Assembly: GCA_029261715.1 (NCBI GenBank)
Contig: JAJDAT010000016.1
Coordinates: 301,885 to 365,884 of the forward strand
Length of the DNA stretch: 64,000 nt
Direction: 5' to 3'
Source: Nitrospinia bacterium
GTDB lineage: Bacteria; Nitrospinota; Nitrospinia; Nitrospinales; JAJDAT01
The first letter of the stretch is position 1. Each line of letters opens with the position of its first letter. This document shows positions 26,570 to 36,511 of this stretch, one piece after another. The position numbers and the translations under genes are program-made. Under the pieces are notes generated by a model. It was not told where the DNA came from and did not search any database. It saw only the letters and a list, made by a program, of their open reading frames with translations.

Positions 26570-27343
26570 ATGACTTTATCAAAACTCAAAAAACTTTACT
26601 TTAGCGTTAATCTCCTTTTTTTCATCTTAGGCATTTCTGCCATCTGTCCTATCCAGTCATGGGCTCTTGTCCAAAAAATAGATACAAATTCGGATGGGAA
26701 AATAGATCAGTGGCGAACCTTTTCAGAAAACCGCAAACTAATAAAAATCGAGTACGACTCAGATTTTAACGGAGCAATAGATCAAAGAGATGTTTACAAC
26801 TCTCAAGTCTTCGTCAGAAAAATGGAGCGTGATCGAAATAGCGATGGAATTATCGACTACATTCAATATTACGATAGCCAAAGAAATCTTAGCCAAATTG
26901 ATGCGGACACCCAATTTGACGGGAAAATAGATCACAGAGAATTTTACAAGCAAGGAAAAGACTTAATAAAAATCGAAAAAGATTTAAACTCTGACGGAAA
27001 AACCGATCTTTGGCAGTATTTTGATTTATCCGGGAAACCAACTAGAGTTTCATTTGACATTGATTTCGACGGCGTGGCAGATAGATGGGATTTGTTGAAC
27101 GAAGAACAAGTTTTTCAAATCGCCGTGTTTGATTCCGACAAAGATCAAAAACCAGATCAATGGCAATTTTTCAACTCATTTTCCGAGCTTGAGAAAATTC
27201 ATTTTGATACAAACGCCGACGGTTCTCCCGACAGATGGGAATACTTTGATAAAAGTGGTGAAACCGTTCGCGCGCTAATAGACAACAATTTTGATGGTAT
27301 TGCAGATCAAGAAAAAATAAAGGGAGGACCGAGTGAAAACTAA
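26570..27343 (+). CDS. Secreted protein built from nine 25-aa DxDxDG-type (EF-hand/dockerin-like) putative Ca-binding repeats
   Basis: A signal peptide is followed by DTNSDGKIDQW, DSDFNGAIDQR, DRNSDGIIDYI, DTQFDGKIDHR, DLNSDGKTDLW, DIDFDGVADRW, DSDKDQKPDQW, DTNADGSPDRW and DNNFDGIADQE, at an exact 25-residue period. Confidence 0.65.
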   Translation: MTLSKLKKLYFSVNLLFFILGISAICPIQSWALVQKIDTNSDGKIDQWRTFSENRKLIKIEYDSDFNGAIDQRDVYNSQVFVRKMERDRNSDGIIDYIQYYDSQRNLSQIDADTQFDGKIDHREFYKQGKDLIKIEKDLNSDGKTDLWQYFDLSGKPTRVSFDIDFDGVADRWDLLNEEQVFQIAVFDSDKDQKPDQWQFFNSFSELEKIHFDTNADGSPDRWEYFDKSGETVRALIDNNFDGIADQEKIKGGPSEN

Positions 27344-27722
27344 ACATTATCCACTACTATTTGTCATTTTATTCTTCCTTTCTAGTTGCGGAGGCGCTCC
27401 TCCCCCGAAGTTACAAGTACCGCCTGAATATAAAGCCGGTCAAACACAGTTCCATACCATCTGCTCAAATTGCCACGGACCAGACGCGCTTTCTAAGGGC
27501 AGTTTTAAAGCTCCTAAATTAATTGACGCAGAATACCTGCCAGGAAACTTCTCCGATGATGATATTCGCGATACGATAAACAATGGCACCGATAAGATGC
27601 CATCCCAACGGGGTAAATTTAATAAAAAACAAATCGACGAAATCATTAAATATCTTCGATATTCACAAAAAGCCGCTGGGTTAAGCGAAGAATCAGAAGA
27701 AGACTCTGAAGAGGAAGAATAA
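27333..27722 (+). CDS. Monohaem c-type cytochrome lipoprotein with acidic C-terminal tail
   Basis: Lipobox FLSSCGG, haem motif CSNCHG, a distal MPSQ (candidate Met ligand), and the tail SEESEEDSEEEE. GTG start preceded by GGAGG. Confidence 0.75.
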   Translation: MKTKHYPLLFVILFFLSSCGGAPPPKLQVPPEYKAGQTQFHTICSNCHGPDALSKGSFKAPKLIDAEYLPGNFSDDDIRDTINNGTDKMPSQRGKFNKKQIDEIIKYLRYSQKAAGLSEESEEDSEEEE

Positions 27723-27794
27723 GCGAATAAGAAACATCTATTATTAAATCAACTAAAAATTGAAATACCGTTTCCTTATTTGAAAGCTAAAACT

Positions 27795-28847
27795 ATGTCC
27801 GAACTTCTATTTCCAAAACTCAAACCTGTTTTAGAGTCGGACTTACAAAAAGCTCAATCGCATTTAGATATTTTAACCAAACCTCCCGGGAGTCTTGGGA
27901 AACTCGAAAAATTAGCGCAGCGATATGTAGCAATTCGCAATGGAGATTCAACCCTAAATAAAAAATCTATTTTCGTCTTTGCCAGCGACCATGGCGTTAC
28001 AGAAGAAGGCGTTAGCGCATATCCAAAAGAAGTAACTCCGCAAATGGTATATAACTTCTTATCGGGTGGAGCGGCAATAAACGTTCTTGCTAGACATGTT
28101 CAAGCGGAAGTGATTATCGTCGACATGGGCGTTGACCATGACTTTGGAAATACTGAAGGAATTATTTCCAAAAAAATCGAAAATGGAACTCAAAATATGG
28201 CGAAAGTTCCAGCCATGACACGGAATCAAGCGATTCAGTCCTTACAAACAGGATTTGATTTAGCTTTGGAATGGTCGTCTAAAGGAACTGACGTTTTTGC
28301 TGCCGGTGAAATGGGTATCGGAAACTCAACTTCAGCAGCTGCCATCATGGCAACTTTTGACGGCGGCCCCATCGAACTAGCCGCAGGCTCAGGAACTGGA
28401 GTCGACGAAGCTGGGCTCAAAAAAAAAATCGAAGTTATTCGCAAAGCTCTCCAAACTAATAAACCAAACCCTAAAGACCCACTTGATGTGTTATCTAAAG
28501 TCGGCGGCTTTGAAATCGGAGGTATGGCAGGTTTAATTTTAGGAGCAGCCGAACGCAAAAGAGCAATTATAGTTGATGGACTTATTTCTGGGGCAGCAGC
28601 AACAATAGCGTTGAAAATAGACCCAGCAGTCGCAGATTATGTTTTCACATCACATCAATCTTCCGAACCAGGTCACGCCATGTTTTTTCAACTTTATAAC
28701 CAATCCCCTTTATTCGATTTCGAAATGAGACTTGGAGAAGGTACTGGAGCAGCATTAGGAATTAGCATTTTAGAAAGCGCCGTAAAGATTTATAACGAAA
28801 TGGCAACTTTTGAATCGGCCGGAATTTCCGACAAAAAACCTTCCTAA
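27795..28847 (+). CDS. cobT: Nicotinate-nucleotide:dimethylbenzimidazole phosphoribosyltransferase
   Basis: LTKPPGSLGKLE, DHGV, GEMGIGNST and EGTGAA motifs. The ATG at 27795 is preferred; the ORF track uses the TTG at 27780. Confidence 0.9.
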   Translation: MSELLFPKLKPVLESDLQKAQSHLDILTKPPGSLGKLEKLAQRYVAIRNGDSTLNKKSIFVFASDHGVTEEGVSAYPKEVTPQMVYNFLSGGAAINVLARHVQAEVIIVDMGVDHDFGNTEGIISKKIENGTQNMAKVPAMTRNQAIQSLQTGFDLALEWSSKGTDVFAAGEMGIGNSTSAAAIMATFDGGPIELAAGSGTGVDEAGLKKKIEVIRKALQTNKPNPKDPLDVLSKVGGFEIGGMAGLILGAAERKRAIIVDGLISGAAATIALKIDPAVADYVFTSHQSSEPGHAMFFQLYNQSPLFDFEMRLGEGTGAALGISILESAVKIYNEMATFESAGISDKKPS

Positions 28848-28985
28848 GCTTGGGTTAATTTGAATATATTGCAATTAGCGATATAAACTAAATATAATTA
28901 ATTCCCACAGTCAAAAACATATTTCATTATTTTTTTAAATTTCTCTTAGCCGCAAAATCTTTTCAAAAAACCCAAAAAATATTCC

Positions 28986-28999
28986 AATATTGCAATATT
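28986..28999. promoter_or_regulatory. Perfect 14-bp palindrome upstream of the SGNH-TPR gene
   Basis: AATATTGCAATATT is self-complementary and ends 27 nt before the start at 29026. A half-site-like ATATTGCAAT also occurs near 28866. The AT-rich background lowers its significance. Confidence 0.25.
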
Positions 29000-29025
29000 T
29001 TTCCATATGGCTTTAACTTAAAAAA

Positions 29026-30960
29026 ATGATCTCGTCGCTAAAAAGATACTTATTTCTTTTTATAGTTTCTTCTCTTTTAGTTTTAATAACTTTTGAAGTT
29101 TTCTTACAAACGAGAAAATCTAAAAAGCTAAATCCTACCCTCTCTGCCCCGGCATATGGAATCCCAGACTCATTAAAGTCTAATTTCCAAACCGAACTAA
29201 ACTACCACAATAAATTCAAATTCAGAATAATCACTAATGAAAAACGGCTTAGAGAATCTCGTTCTATATCTTATGCAAAACCGAGAAATACATTTCGAAT
29301 TCTTTGCCTTGGAGATTCAATTTTATTCGGCCCTGGAGTCAAGTATGAAGAATCCTTTTCTTATCAACTTGAAACACTTTTAAACAAACATTTTCCCACT
29401 AGAAATTTTGAAGTTATTAACGCTGCGGTATCAGGCTGGAGTCCTGTTGAATATTTAATCTATTTAAAAGAAGAGGGTTATAAGTTTTCTCCCGACTTAG
29501 TTTTAGTATCTAAATTCATCGACGATATCGATGGGTTAAGGTCGAGCCGTATTAAATTTGAAAAATTAGATTCTCGGCAAATTTCAGATAACGAAATACT
29601 CGTTGAAATAGGAAAACTTAAAATAAAAGAAGCAAACAATAACGGCTTAACATTACTCCTAGACTATCTTTTAAATAATCCATGGCTGGGACAACTTTCA
29701 GAGAATTATGTCGTGTTCCATAGAATCCGCCAAAGAATTCAAAGTATCCATTTGGAAATGAGCAAAATAAAATTCCCTAAAAACGATTCATTAGAAGAAT
29801 TTTTGCGCAAAATCGACCCTTCAAATAAAAAGAAGATAGTTTGGTCAATTAAAGATTCAAGTTTATCGAATCTCGAAATTCCTTCTCTACGTCAACTTCG
29901 ATATGATTTAGTCATAGCAGAATTAAAAAAACACATATTGAGCATTGGAAGTCGAATATTACTATTAGAATTCCCAACTTTTCAACAAGCCTATAAAATG
30001 ATCTATTACAACCACCAAGAATCCTCTTCCAGAAAAGACCCGGATCATTTTTCTCTTATAAATAGTATGACTGACTTTCAATCGACAAGAAATGTACCTT
30101 TATTTTTCCCAAAAGATTCTCACTGGACTCCAGCGGGCCATTTATTTGCCGCAACTGTAACTTTTAACCAAATTTCGAAAAACTTTCTAGAAGCAGTAAA
30201 TAAAAAACAAATTGATATCGACTCCTCAGCTACATTTGAGAATATTAAGAAGGCGAACAAAAGGTTGGAAAATCTTTTAAACAAATTTCCTCCACAAAGA
30301 TTTATTGAATCAGTCGTTCACGCCAATAATAATCGTTTTAATGAAGCCATCGAATCTCTAGAGCTATATATTCAAAGTAACCTCAACGATCCTGAAGCTC
30401 TTTTCTATCTTGGTAGCTTTTATCTTGAAATAAAAAAACCACAAAGAGCCGTCCAATACTTTGAAAGAGCGATTGAGCACCAAAGACCACCACTATCTCT
30501 AGCGCAAGCTCTGTTTTACACAGGAAGAGCTTATTTTCAACTTAAGAAATATGATAAAGCGGCTACCTTTTTTGAAAAGACCACTCAATTTGAAAATTTT
30601 GAACCTAGCGAAACATATAATTATTTAGCGCAAACTTATTTCTGGTCAAAAAAATATTCTTTAGCTGAACAAAACTGGTTAAAAGCAATTCAAAAAAGTC
30701 CGAACTCTATAAAATACTATAATGTTTTAGGCTCGTTTTATCTGGAAACAGGTCAAATGAAAAAAGCCTTGGCTCAATTTAAAACTGTACAAACAATCGC
30801 TCCTGAAAACCCAAAATCTTTTTTTCTTCAAGGTTTGACATATCTCAAGTTAAATCAACGCCAAAACGCGCAAAAAATGTTTTCAAAAGTTTTAGAGCTT
30901 GAACCGCAAAACCGCATCGCCTTAAGGTATCTAAAGGGTCTAAATAGTTATAAAAACTGA
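29026..30960 (+). CDS. Membrane-anchored SGNH/GDSL-type hydrolase or acyltransferase fused to C-terminal TPR repeats
   Basis: N-terminal TM helix, block I ILCLGDSILFGPG, block V-like DSHWTPAGH, then about 6 TPR units in the last ~230 aa. Confidence 0.65.
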   Translation: MISSLKRYLFLFIVSSLLVLITFEVFLQTRKSKKLNPTLSAPAYGIPDSLKSNFQTELNYHNKFKFRIITNEKRLRESRSISYAKPRNTFRILCLGDSILFGPGVKYEESFSYQLETLLNKHFPTRNFEVINAAVSGWSPVEYLIYLKEEGYKFSPDLVLVSKFIDDIDGLRSSRIKFEKLDSRQISDNEILVEIGKLKIKEANNNGLTLLLDYLLNNPWLGQLSENYVVFHRIRQRIQSIHLEMSKIKFPKNDSLEEFLRKIDPSNKKKIVWSIKDSSLSNLEIPSLRQLRYDLVIAELKKHILSIGSRILLLEFPTFQQAYKMIYYNHQESSSRKDPDHFSLINSMTDFQSTRNVPLFFPKDSHWTPAGHLFAATVTFNQISKNFLEAVNKKQIDIDSSATFENIKKANKRLENLLNKFPPQRFIESVVHANNNRFNEAIESLELYIQSNLNDPEALFYLGSFYLEIKKPQRAVQYFERAIEHQRPPLSLAQALFYTGRAYFQLKKYDKAATFFEKTTQFENFEPSETYNYLAQTYFWSKKYSLAEQNWLKAIQKSPNSIKYYNVLGSFYLETGQMKKALAQFKTVQTIAPENPKSFFLQGLTYLKLNQRQNAQKMFSKVLELEPQNRIALRYLKGLNSYKN

Positions 30961-31060
30961 GCTAAAATAATTTCCCAAAACATCTTCCATTAGCGGTTGA
31001 CAGGGGTTTCATTTTTGGCTAGATTCATGCTTTCCATCTAATTTTGGAGTTATCAATTTT

Positions 31061-32302
31061 ATGTCCGATCAAGAGAGTTATATTCAATCTTTATTTGCCG
31101 AGCGTATTGGAGGCGACCGGTTTGGTAAAGATACGACTATTTATAAATTTGAAAAAATTAAACGAGCCAAGCGCGCTGCTCTAGACGCAAACCCAGGTAA
31201 AGAACTGTTCGATATGGGCGTCGGCGAACCTGATGAAATGGCTTTTCCAGAAGTGATTAAAGCCCTCCAAATCGAAGCTGAAAAGCCAGAAAACCGCGGA
31301 TATACCGATAACGGTATTGATGAATTTAAAAAAGCCGCTATTGAATACATGGAAAATGTTTTTGGCGTAAAAGGTTTAGACGCTTCTAAACATGTGAATC
31401 ATACAATTGGAGCAAAACCAGGTTTAGCTCTTACGCCATTAGTCTTCATTAATCCTGGCGACGTTACTATTATGACAGCTCCAGGTTATCCAGTGATGGG
31501 AACTCATACGGAGTATTTGGGTGGGGAAACAGTAAATTTAAAATTAGAAGAATCTAATAATTTTTTACCCGACCTAAAGTCAATCGATGCAGATACTCGA
31601 AAACGAGCTAAAATCCTCTGCTTGAATTATCCAAATAATCCAACAGGCGCCAAAGCGACTCTGGACTTTTTCAAAGAAGTTGTCGAATTCGCTAAAGACA
31701 ACGAGATCATTGTTCTTCAAGACGCCGCTTATGCCGCCCTTGTATATGACGGAAAACCGTTAAGCTTTCTATCCGTTCCTGGCGCTATGGAAGTTGGCGC
31801 GGAAATGCATTCGTTGTCAAAATCTTATAACATGACGGGTTGGCGTATTGGTTTTATTGTAGGTAACGAACTCGTCGTTAAAGGGTTTGCCAATATGAAA
31901 GATAATATCGACTCAGGGCAGTTTGCGGCAATTCAAAAAGCCGCAGCCTATTGTTTAAGACACCCCGAAATCACTGAAAAAATTGGCAATAAATACAAAC
32001 GAAGATTATCAAAACTTGTAGAAACTTTAAACTCCGTTGGTTTTCAAGCTTCAATGCCAGGCGGAACATTCTTTCTTTATGTAAAAGCCCCTAAAGGCAT
32101 TAAAGGAGGAAGGACATTTGAATCGGGCGAAGACTTTTCGCAATATATGATCACCGAACATCTGATTTCAACTGTTCCATGGGATAACGTAGGAAACTTT
32201 GTTCGTTTTTCAGCAACCTTCGCGGCAAATGGAGAAGAGGAAGAAAATCGAATCATGGCGGAAATTAAAAACAGGTTATCGAAACAAACTTTTGAGTTTT
32301 AA
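31061..32302 (+). CDS. dapL: PLP aminotransferase class I, LL-diaminopimelate aminotransferase-like
   Basis: MGVGEPD, NYPNNPTG and the PLP-lysine motif SLSKSYNMTGWRIG. Length and N-terminal region fit DapL-type enzymes. Substrate not provable by eye. Confidence 0.6.
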   Translation: MSDQESYIQSLFAERIGGDRFGKDTTIYKFEKIKRAKRAALDANPGKELFDMGVGEPDEMAFPEVIKALQIEAEKPENRGYTDNGIDEFKKAAIEYMENVFGVKGLDASKHVNHTIGAKPGLALTPLVFINPGDVTIMTAPGYPVMGTHTEYLGGETVNLKLEESNNFLPDLKSIDADTRKRAKILCLNYPNNPTGAKATLDFFKEVVEFAKDNEIIVLQDAAYAALVYDGKPLSFLSVPGAMEVGAEMHSLSKSYNMTGWRIGFIVGNELVVKGFANMKDNIDSGQFAAIQKAAAYCLRHPEITEKIGNKYKRRLSKLVETLNSVGFQASMPGGTFFLYVKAPKGIKGGRTFESGEDFSQYMITEHLISTVPWDNVGNFVRFSATFAANGEEEENRIMAEIKNRLSKQTFEF

Positions 32303-32389
32303 ACATCCTTTAAGCAGTCTTATTTTTTATGTTTTGGCAATTCGTCTATCCTGTATCTTAATGGACGTAAGCAACTAAAGGCCTTCCTA

Positions 32390-32887
32390 ATGCAGAAAAC
32401 CGCTTTTATCGGTATTGGTTCCAATCAGGGGTTGGCTCGAGAAAATTGCGTACAAGCGGTTAAGGAACTGGATTCACTTGCAGAAGTTTGGACCGAGTTA
32501 AGCTCTTCGTTTTACGAAACCGCTCCTATAGGAATAGAAAATCAAGATTGGTTTATAAATTCCGTCATTAAAATCAAAACGACCTTACTTCCTCTCAATT
32601 TGCTAGACAATTTACTAGCAATAGAGGGGAAGATGGGGCGAGTAAGAAGAATTAAATGGGGCCCTCGTATAATAGATCTAGATTTACTTTTCTACGAAGA
32701 TTTAATCATTACAGAAACCAATCTTAAAGTCCCCCATCCGGAGTTACATAAGAGAAAGTTTGTCTTGGAACCTCTTAAAGAAATCGCTCCTAAGCTACTT
32801 CACCCTGTTCTAAAAAAAACCATAGAAGAACTAGCTAAAGAAGGCGATCCAACTCAAGTAGTCAACAAATTGGCTCCCGTTTTATAA
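32390..32887 (+). CDS. folK: 2-amino-4-hydroxy-6-hydroxymethyldihydropteridine pyrophosphokinase
   Basis: IGIGSNQG, WGPRIIDLDLLFY and VPHPELHKRKFVLEPL. Confidence 0.85.
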   Translation: MQKTAFIGIGSNQGLARENCVQAVKELDSLAEVWTELSSSFYETAPIGIENQDWFINSVIKIKTTLLPLNLLDNLLAIEGKMGRVRRIKWGPRIIDLDLLFYEDLIITETNLKVPHPELHKRKFVLEPLKEIAPKLLHPVLKKTIEELAKEGDPTQVVNKLAPVL

Positions 32888-34066
32888 TTTATCAAGTTCC
32901 ACCCACTCCATATTTTCCATCGCTGCCTGAGCCAAGCTTTGAAAAGGGAATTTCGTCTCATCGTCTTCTAATAGCCGAATTTTTGCTTTTGTCGCCGGGT
33001 TTGGAGGCATAAAAACCGAGCAACAGTCTTGATGAGGCTCTATACTGATTTCGTAAGTTCCAATTTCTTCAGCTTTTCGGATAATATCTAATTTATCCAT
33101 TCCTATAAGAGGTCTAAAAACGCTTGTTTCCACAACAGTGGATACAGCCGCTAAGTTCTCCAAAGTTTGAGACGCAACTTGCCCTAAGGATTCCCCAGTT
33201 ATCAAAGCCTTATAACCAAGCCGTTTAGCTACTTCTTCAGAGATTCTATACATCATTCTTCTATAAAGAACTACTCGGTTTTCAGGTCGACATTGATCTC
33301 TAATTGCCATTTGGATATCGCCAAAAGGAATAACGCATAATTTTCCTTTATCTTGAAAATGGTTCAGTTTTTTTGCTAACCGAAGAACTTTATCGTAACC
33401 ACCTTTTCCCAAAAAAGCTCGGTTTTCAAAGAAAATAAAGTGAACGCGGCATCCTCTGCGAATAATCATATGAGAAGCGACTGGGCTATCTATTCCTCCT
33501 GAAAGTAAACTTAAAGCCTCTCCTGCAACACCCACTGGCAAACCTCTCAGACCTATTTTTCTACCGCTATAGACCCAAGCATGATCGCGACCAATTTCAA
33601 CTTCGAGAACATAGTCAGCATTCTTTATATCCACAGTCAATCCACTGGGACTAAGTTTTTGCATAATGCGCGAGCCTATTTCAAAATCACATTCAGTAGA
33701 CGTTTTATAAAAAGATTTATCAGAACGTCTAGATCGGACGCAAAACTTCAAATTACTTCGATCTAATAGTAGAGGTTCAATCCATTCAATGCCCCGTTTT
33801 GCAATCTCGTCAAACTCTCTGGCCACTTCAATGCCAAAGCTAAAAGAAGAGATTCCAGGTATATCCTTCAATCGTGTATCACACAGCTCTACAGCTTCCG
33901 AATCTAATTGGACAACAACTCTACCGTGAGGAGAAAATACTTTTATATTTTCCAAATTCTGCAATTTCGCTCGGATATTTCTTGAAAGAGCGTCCACAAA
34001 AAACTTACGGTTTTTTCCTTTTAACCCAATTTCATCGTATCTTACAATAGCTATTCGTTTGGACAT
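32882..34066 (-). CDS. thiI: tRNA 4-thiouridine synthase (THUMP plus PP-loop, no rhodanese domain)
   Basis: PP-loop SGGIDSPVA, N-terminal THUMP-like region, and C-terminal DCCS. Confidence 0.85.
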   Translation of the reverse strand: MSKRIAIVRYDEIGLKGKNRKFFVDALSRNIRAKLQNLENIKVFSPHGRVVVQLDSEAVELCDTRLKDIPGISSFSFGIEVAREFDEIAKRGIEWIEPLLLDRSNLKFCVRSRRSDKSFYKTSTECDFEIGSRIMQKLSPSGLTVDIKNADYVLEVEIGRDHAWVYSGRKIGLRGLPVGVAGEALSLLSGGIDSPVASHMIIRRGCRVHFIFFENRAFLGKGGYDKVLRLAKKLNHFQDKGKLCVIPFGDIQMAIRDQCRPENRVVLYRRMMYRISEEVAKRLGYKALITGESLGQVASQTLENLAAVSTVVETSVFRPLIGMDKLDIIRKAEEIGTYEISIEPHQDCCSVFMPPNPATKAKIRLLEDDETKFPFQSLAQAAMENMEWVELDKL

Positions 34067-35250
34067 TAACGGCCTTTCTTATCACGAAACACAGGGTATA
34101 TGGCTTTATAAACTCGATCAAACTCTTTAATAAAGTAATCAACTTCTTCCAATCGATTTGACGGACCGAATGAAATACGGAGGCTACAACGAGCTTCATT
34201 TATGGATAATCCCAAACCTAATAAAATTTTTGACGGATCTTTTGAACGAGCGGAACAAGCGCTACCCAAACCAACAAAAATATCCGATTCTTCCAAATGA
34301 TGAAGAATCACTTCTCCTTCAACAGGAGAAAAACTGAAGTTAATAATCGATGGACACCAATCTCCATCGATCTCCGAATTAAATCGAATTTGCAAATTCT
34401 GATTTTTGTCAGATAATTCTTTTAGGCCATTAATTAGCCGTTGGCTTAATTTTTTATATAATTCTGCATTAGCGCCCAAATTCCGTAAAGCAATTTTAAT
34501 AGCTTCTGTAAATCCCAAAACCAAAGGTACTGGGATAGTTCCCGACCTAACTCCGGACTGTTGCTTTCCACCATGAATCATAGGCGTCAATGAAAGACGC
34601 GAATCGTAAATTAACGCCCCTACTCCTTTTGGTCCATTAATTTTGTGCGCAGATATCGAATAACCAGAAACATAATCCCAGGTTTCTTTATTGATTGGAA
34701 CCTTCCCAAGCGCTTGCACTCCATCGAAAAAAAGCTTAGTTCGTGGCGCGTCTGCTTTGACACTTTTTCCTATTTGCAATGGATCATTTAAGCTACCCAA
34801 CTCATTATTTATATGAGATAAGCAGAGCAATTTCACATCAGCATCCGATATATTTTTCATGCAAGAAGGATCCAATCTGCCGCCAATTCTACAATCCAAT
34901 AGCCTCAAATAGTCTCCTCCCTCCTGACTTAAAAATTCCGCTGTTTCCAATACGCTAGAATGCTCTAATCCTAAAGAAGCAATTCTCTTTTTTATTCCCC
35001 CATACCCTTTTATAAAAAGATTATTGGCTTCGCTACCACAACTAGTAAAAATAATCCGAAAATGAGCGGGCAACGATAGCAGTTGAGCTATTTCTTCTTC
35101 CGCATTTTCTAATTTTCGCTTGGCTTCTAATCCCAACCGGTAAACGGTTCCAGAGTTTGCAAAATCTTTCTCCATGGAATCGTTAAGTACAGAGGATACT
35201 TGCGGATCTACTTGAGTTGTAGCCGCGTTATCAAAATAAATCATGGGCAT
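34066..35250 (-). CDS. Cysteine desulfurase (NifS/IscS class V aminotransferase)
   Basis: PLP lysine in SISAHKINGPKGVG, and the active-site loop GSACSA. Stop/start is coupled to thiI. Confidence 0.85.
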   Translation of the reverse strand: MPMIYFDNAATTQVDPQVSSVLNDSMEKDFANSGTVYRLGLEAKRKLENAEEEIAQLLSLPAHFRIIFTSCGSEANNLFIKGYGGIKKRIASLGLEHSSVLETAEFLSQEGGDYLRLLDCRIGGRLDPSCMKNISDADVKLLCLSHINNELGSLNDPLQIGKSVKADAPRTKLFFDGVQALGKVPINKETWDYVSGYSISAHKINGPKGVGALIYDSRLSLTPMIHGGKQQSGVRSGTIPVPLVLGFTEAIKIALRNLGANAELYKKLSQRLINGLKELSDKNQNLQIRFNSEIDGDWCPSIINFSFSPVEGEVILHHLEESDIFVGLGSACSARSKDPSKILLGLGLSINEARCSLRISFGPSNRLEEVDYFIKEFDRVYKAIYPVFRDKKGR

Positions 35251-35267
35251 TTAAACCAAAAGAAAAA

Positions 35268-35843
35268 CTACTGAGGAGAATAAGGGGGCAACAACTCTTG
35301 ATCTATTTCCAAGTGCTTTAAAATTCTCGCCACAACGAAATCGATTAAGTCGTCGATAGATTTAGGATCATGATAAAACCCTGGGGAAGCTGGTAATATA
35401 ACCGCTCCCGCTTGATCTAAGGTCAACAAATTTTTCAGGTGAATCGCGTTAAAGGGAGTCTCTCTCGGAACAATAACAAGCTTAGATTTTTCTTTTAAAA
35501 ATACGTCTGCCGTTCGTTCAATAAGAGTGGAAGAAATTCCTGCAGCAATTCGGCCAACAGTTCCCATACTTGCCGGAACGATAACCATAGCAGAGCCTGG
35601 AAACGAACCGCTTGCAACAGAAACATTCATCTGATTATTTTTATAAAGAATCGCCCCTTCCTGTTGAAAATAGTCCTTCTTAATTCCCAACTCCAAACTA
35701 AGTAACTCCTGACCTCTCTCAGAAATTAAAATATGAACTTCAGCTTTTCCTCGTAAATAATCAAATAATCTTTTTGCGTAGCAAGCTCCACTCGCTCCTG
35801 TAATAGCAATAACAATTTTTTTCATTGAAGTTTCAGATTCCAT
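35268..35843 (-). CDS. ubiX: Flavin prenyltransferase UbiX
   Basis: IAITGASGA and VIVPASMGTVGRIAAG motifs of UbiX/Pad1 flavoproteins. Confidence 0.85.
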   Translation of the reverse strand: MESETSMKKIVIAITGASGACYAKRLFDYLRGKAEVHILISERGQELLSLELGIKKDYFQQEGAILYKNNQMNVSVASGSFPGSAMVIVPASMGTVGRIAAGISSTLIERTADVFLKEKSKLVIVPRETPFNAIHLKNLLTLDQAGAVILPASPGFYHDPKSIDDLIDFVVARILKHLEIDQELLPPYSPQ

Positions 35844-36456
35844 TCAAGTTGGGAAAAAATTCTTTTAATTCTTCCACTAATTTTGAAATCACCTGTTCGA
35901 ATGGATGCGAACTGTCAATTCGGCAAAAATGGTCGCCAGCGAATTGGTCAAAAACTGCTTGAACTTTAGAAAGGTAATCTTGTTTTTCAAATGCGTCCGG
36001 TCCTCCAGAACGATTTTTCCCTATTCTCTCTAAACAAAGTTCTATTGGAGCTTTAAATAAAAATACTCTATCTGGGCGGGGCGCAAATTTTTCATTATCT
36101 AAGCAAATCTTCTTAGGATCAAATCCCAAAGCCCCTTGGTAAGCCGCAGTAGAATAGTAGTATCTATCTATCAATACGATCTTTTTATCATTTAAGGCAG
36201 GAGAAATATTTTGTTCGACATTTTCTTTGCGATCATTAATAAAAAGGGCAAGTTCCTCTTCGGGGGAAACACCGTCTCTTCCTTGAGTTAAAATCTCTCT
36301 AATTCTTTTCCCATAGATTCCATTGGTAGGTTCTCGTAATAAAACCACTGGGTATCCCAGAGCAATTAATCGATCTCCTAATTCCTTTAGACAAGAGCTC
36401 TTTCCAGCGCCATCGATGCCTTCAAAAGCGAATAAATATCCACGATCAACTAACAA
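35833..36456 (-). CDS. tmk: Thymidylate kinase
   Basis: FEGIDGAGKS P-loop, REP..G, and DRY lid-region motifs. Confidence 0.9.
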   Translation of the reverse strand: MLVDRGYLFAFEGIDGAGKSSCLKELGDRLIALGYPVVLLREPTNGIYGKRIREILTQGRDGVSPEEELALFINDRKENVEQNISPALNDKKIVLIDRYYYSTAAYQGALGFDPKKICLDNEKFAPRPDRVFLFKAPIELCLERIGKNRSGGPDAFEKQDYLSKVQAVFDQFAGDHFCRIDSSHPFEQVISKLVEELKEFFPNLNGI

Positions 36457-36511
36457 AGTATTTCCTTTAACAACTTATCGCTAAAAAAAGCTTGTCTAAA
36501 AATAATTCCTC

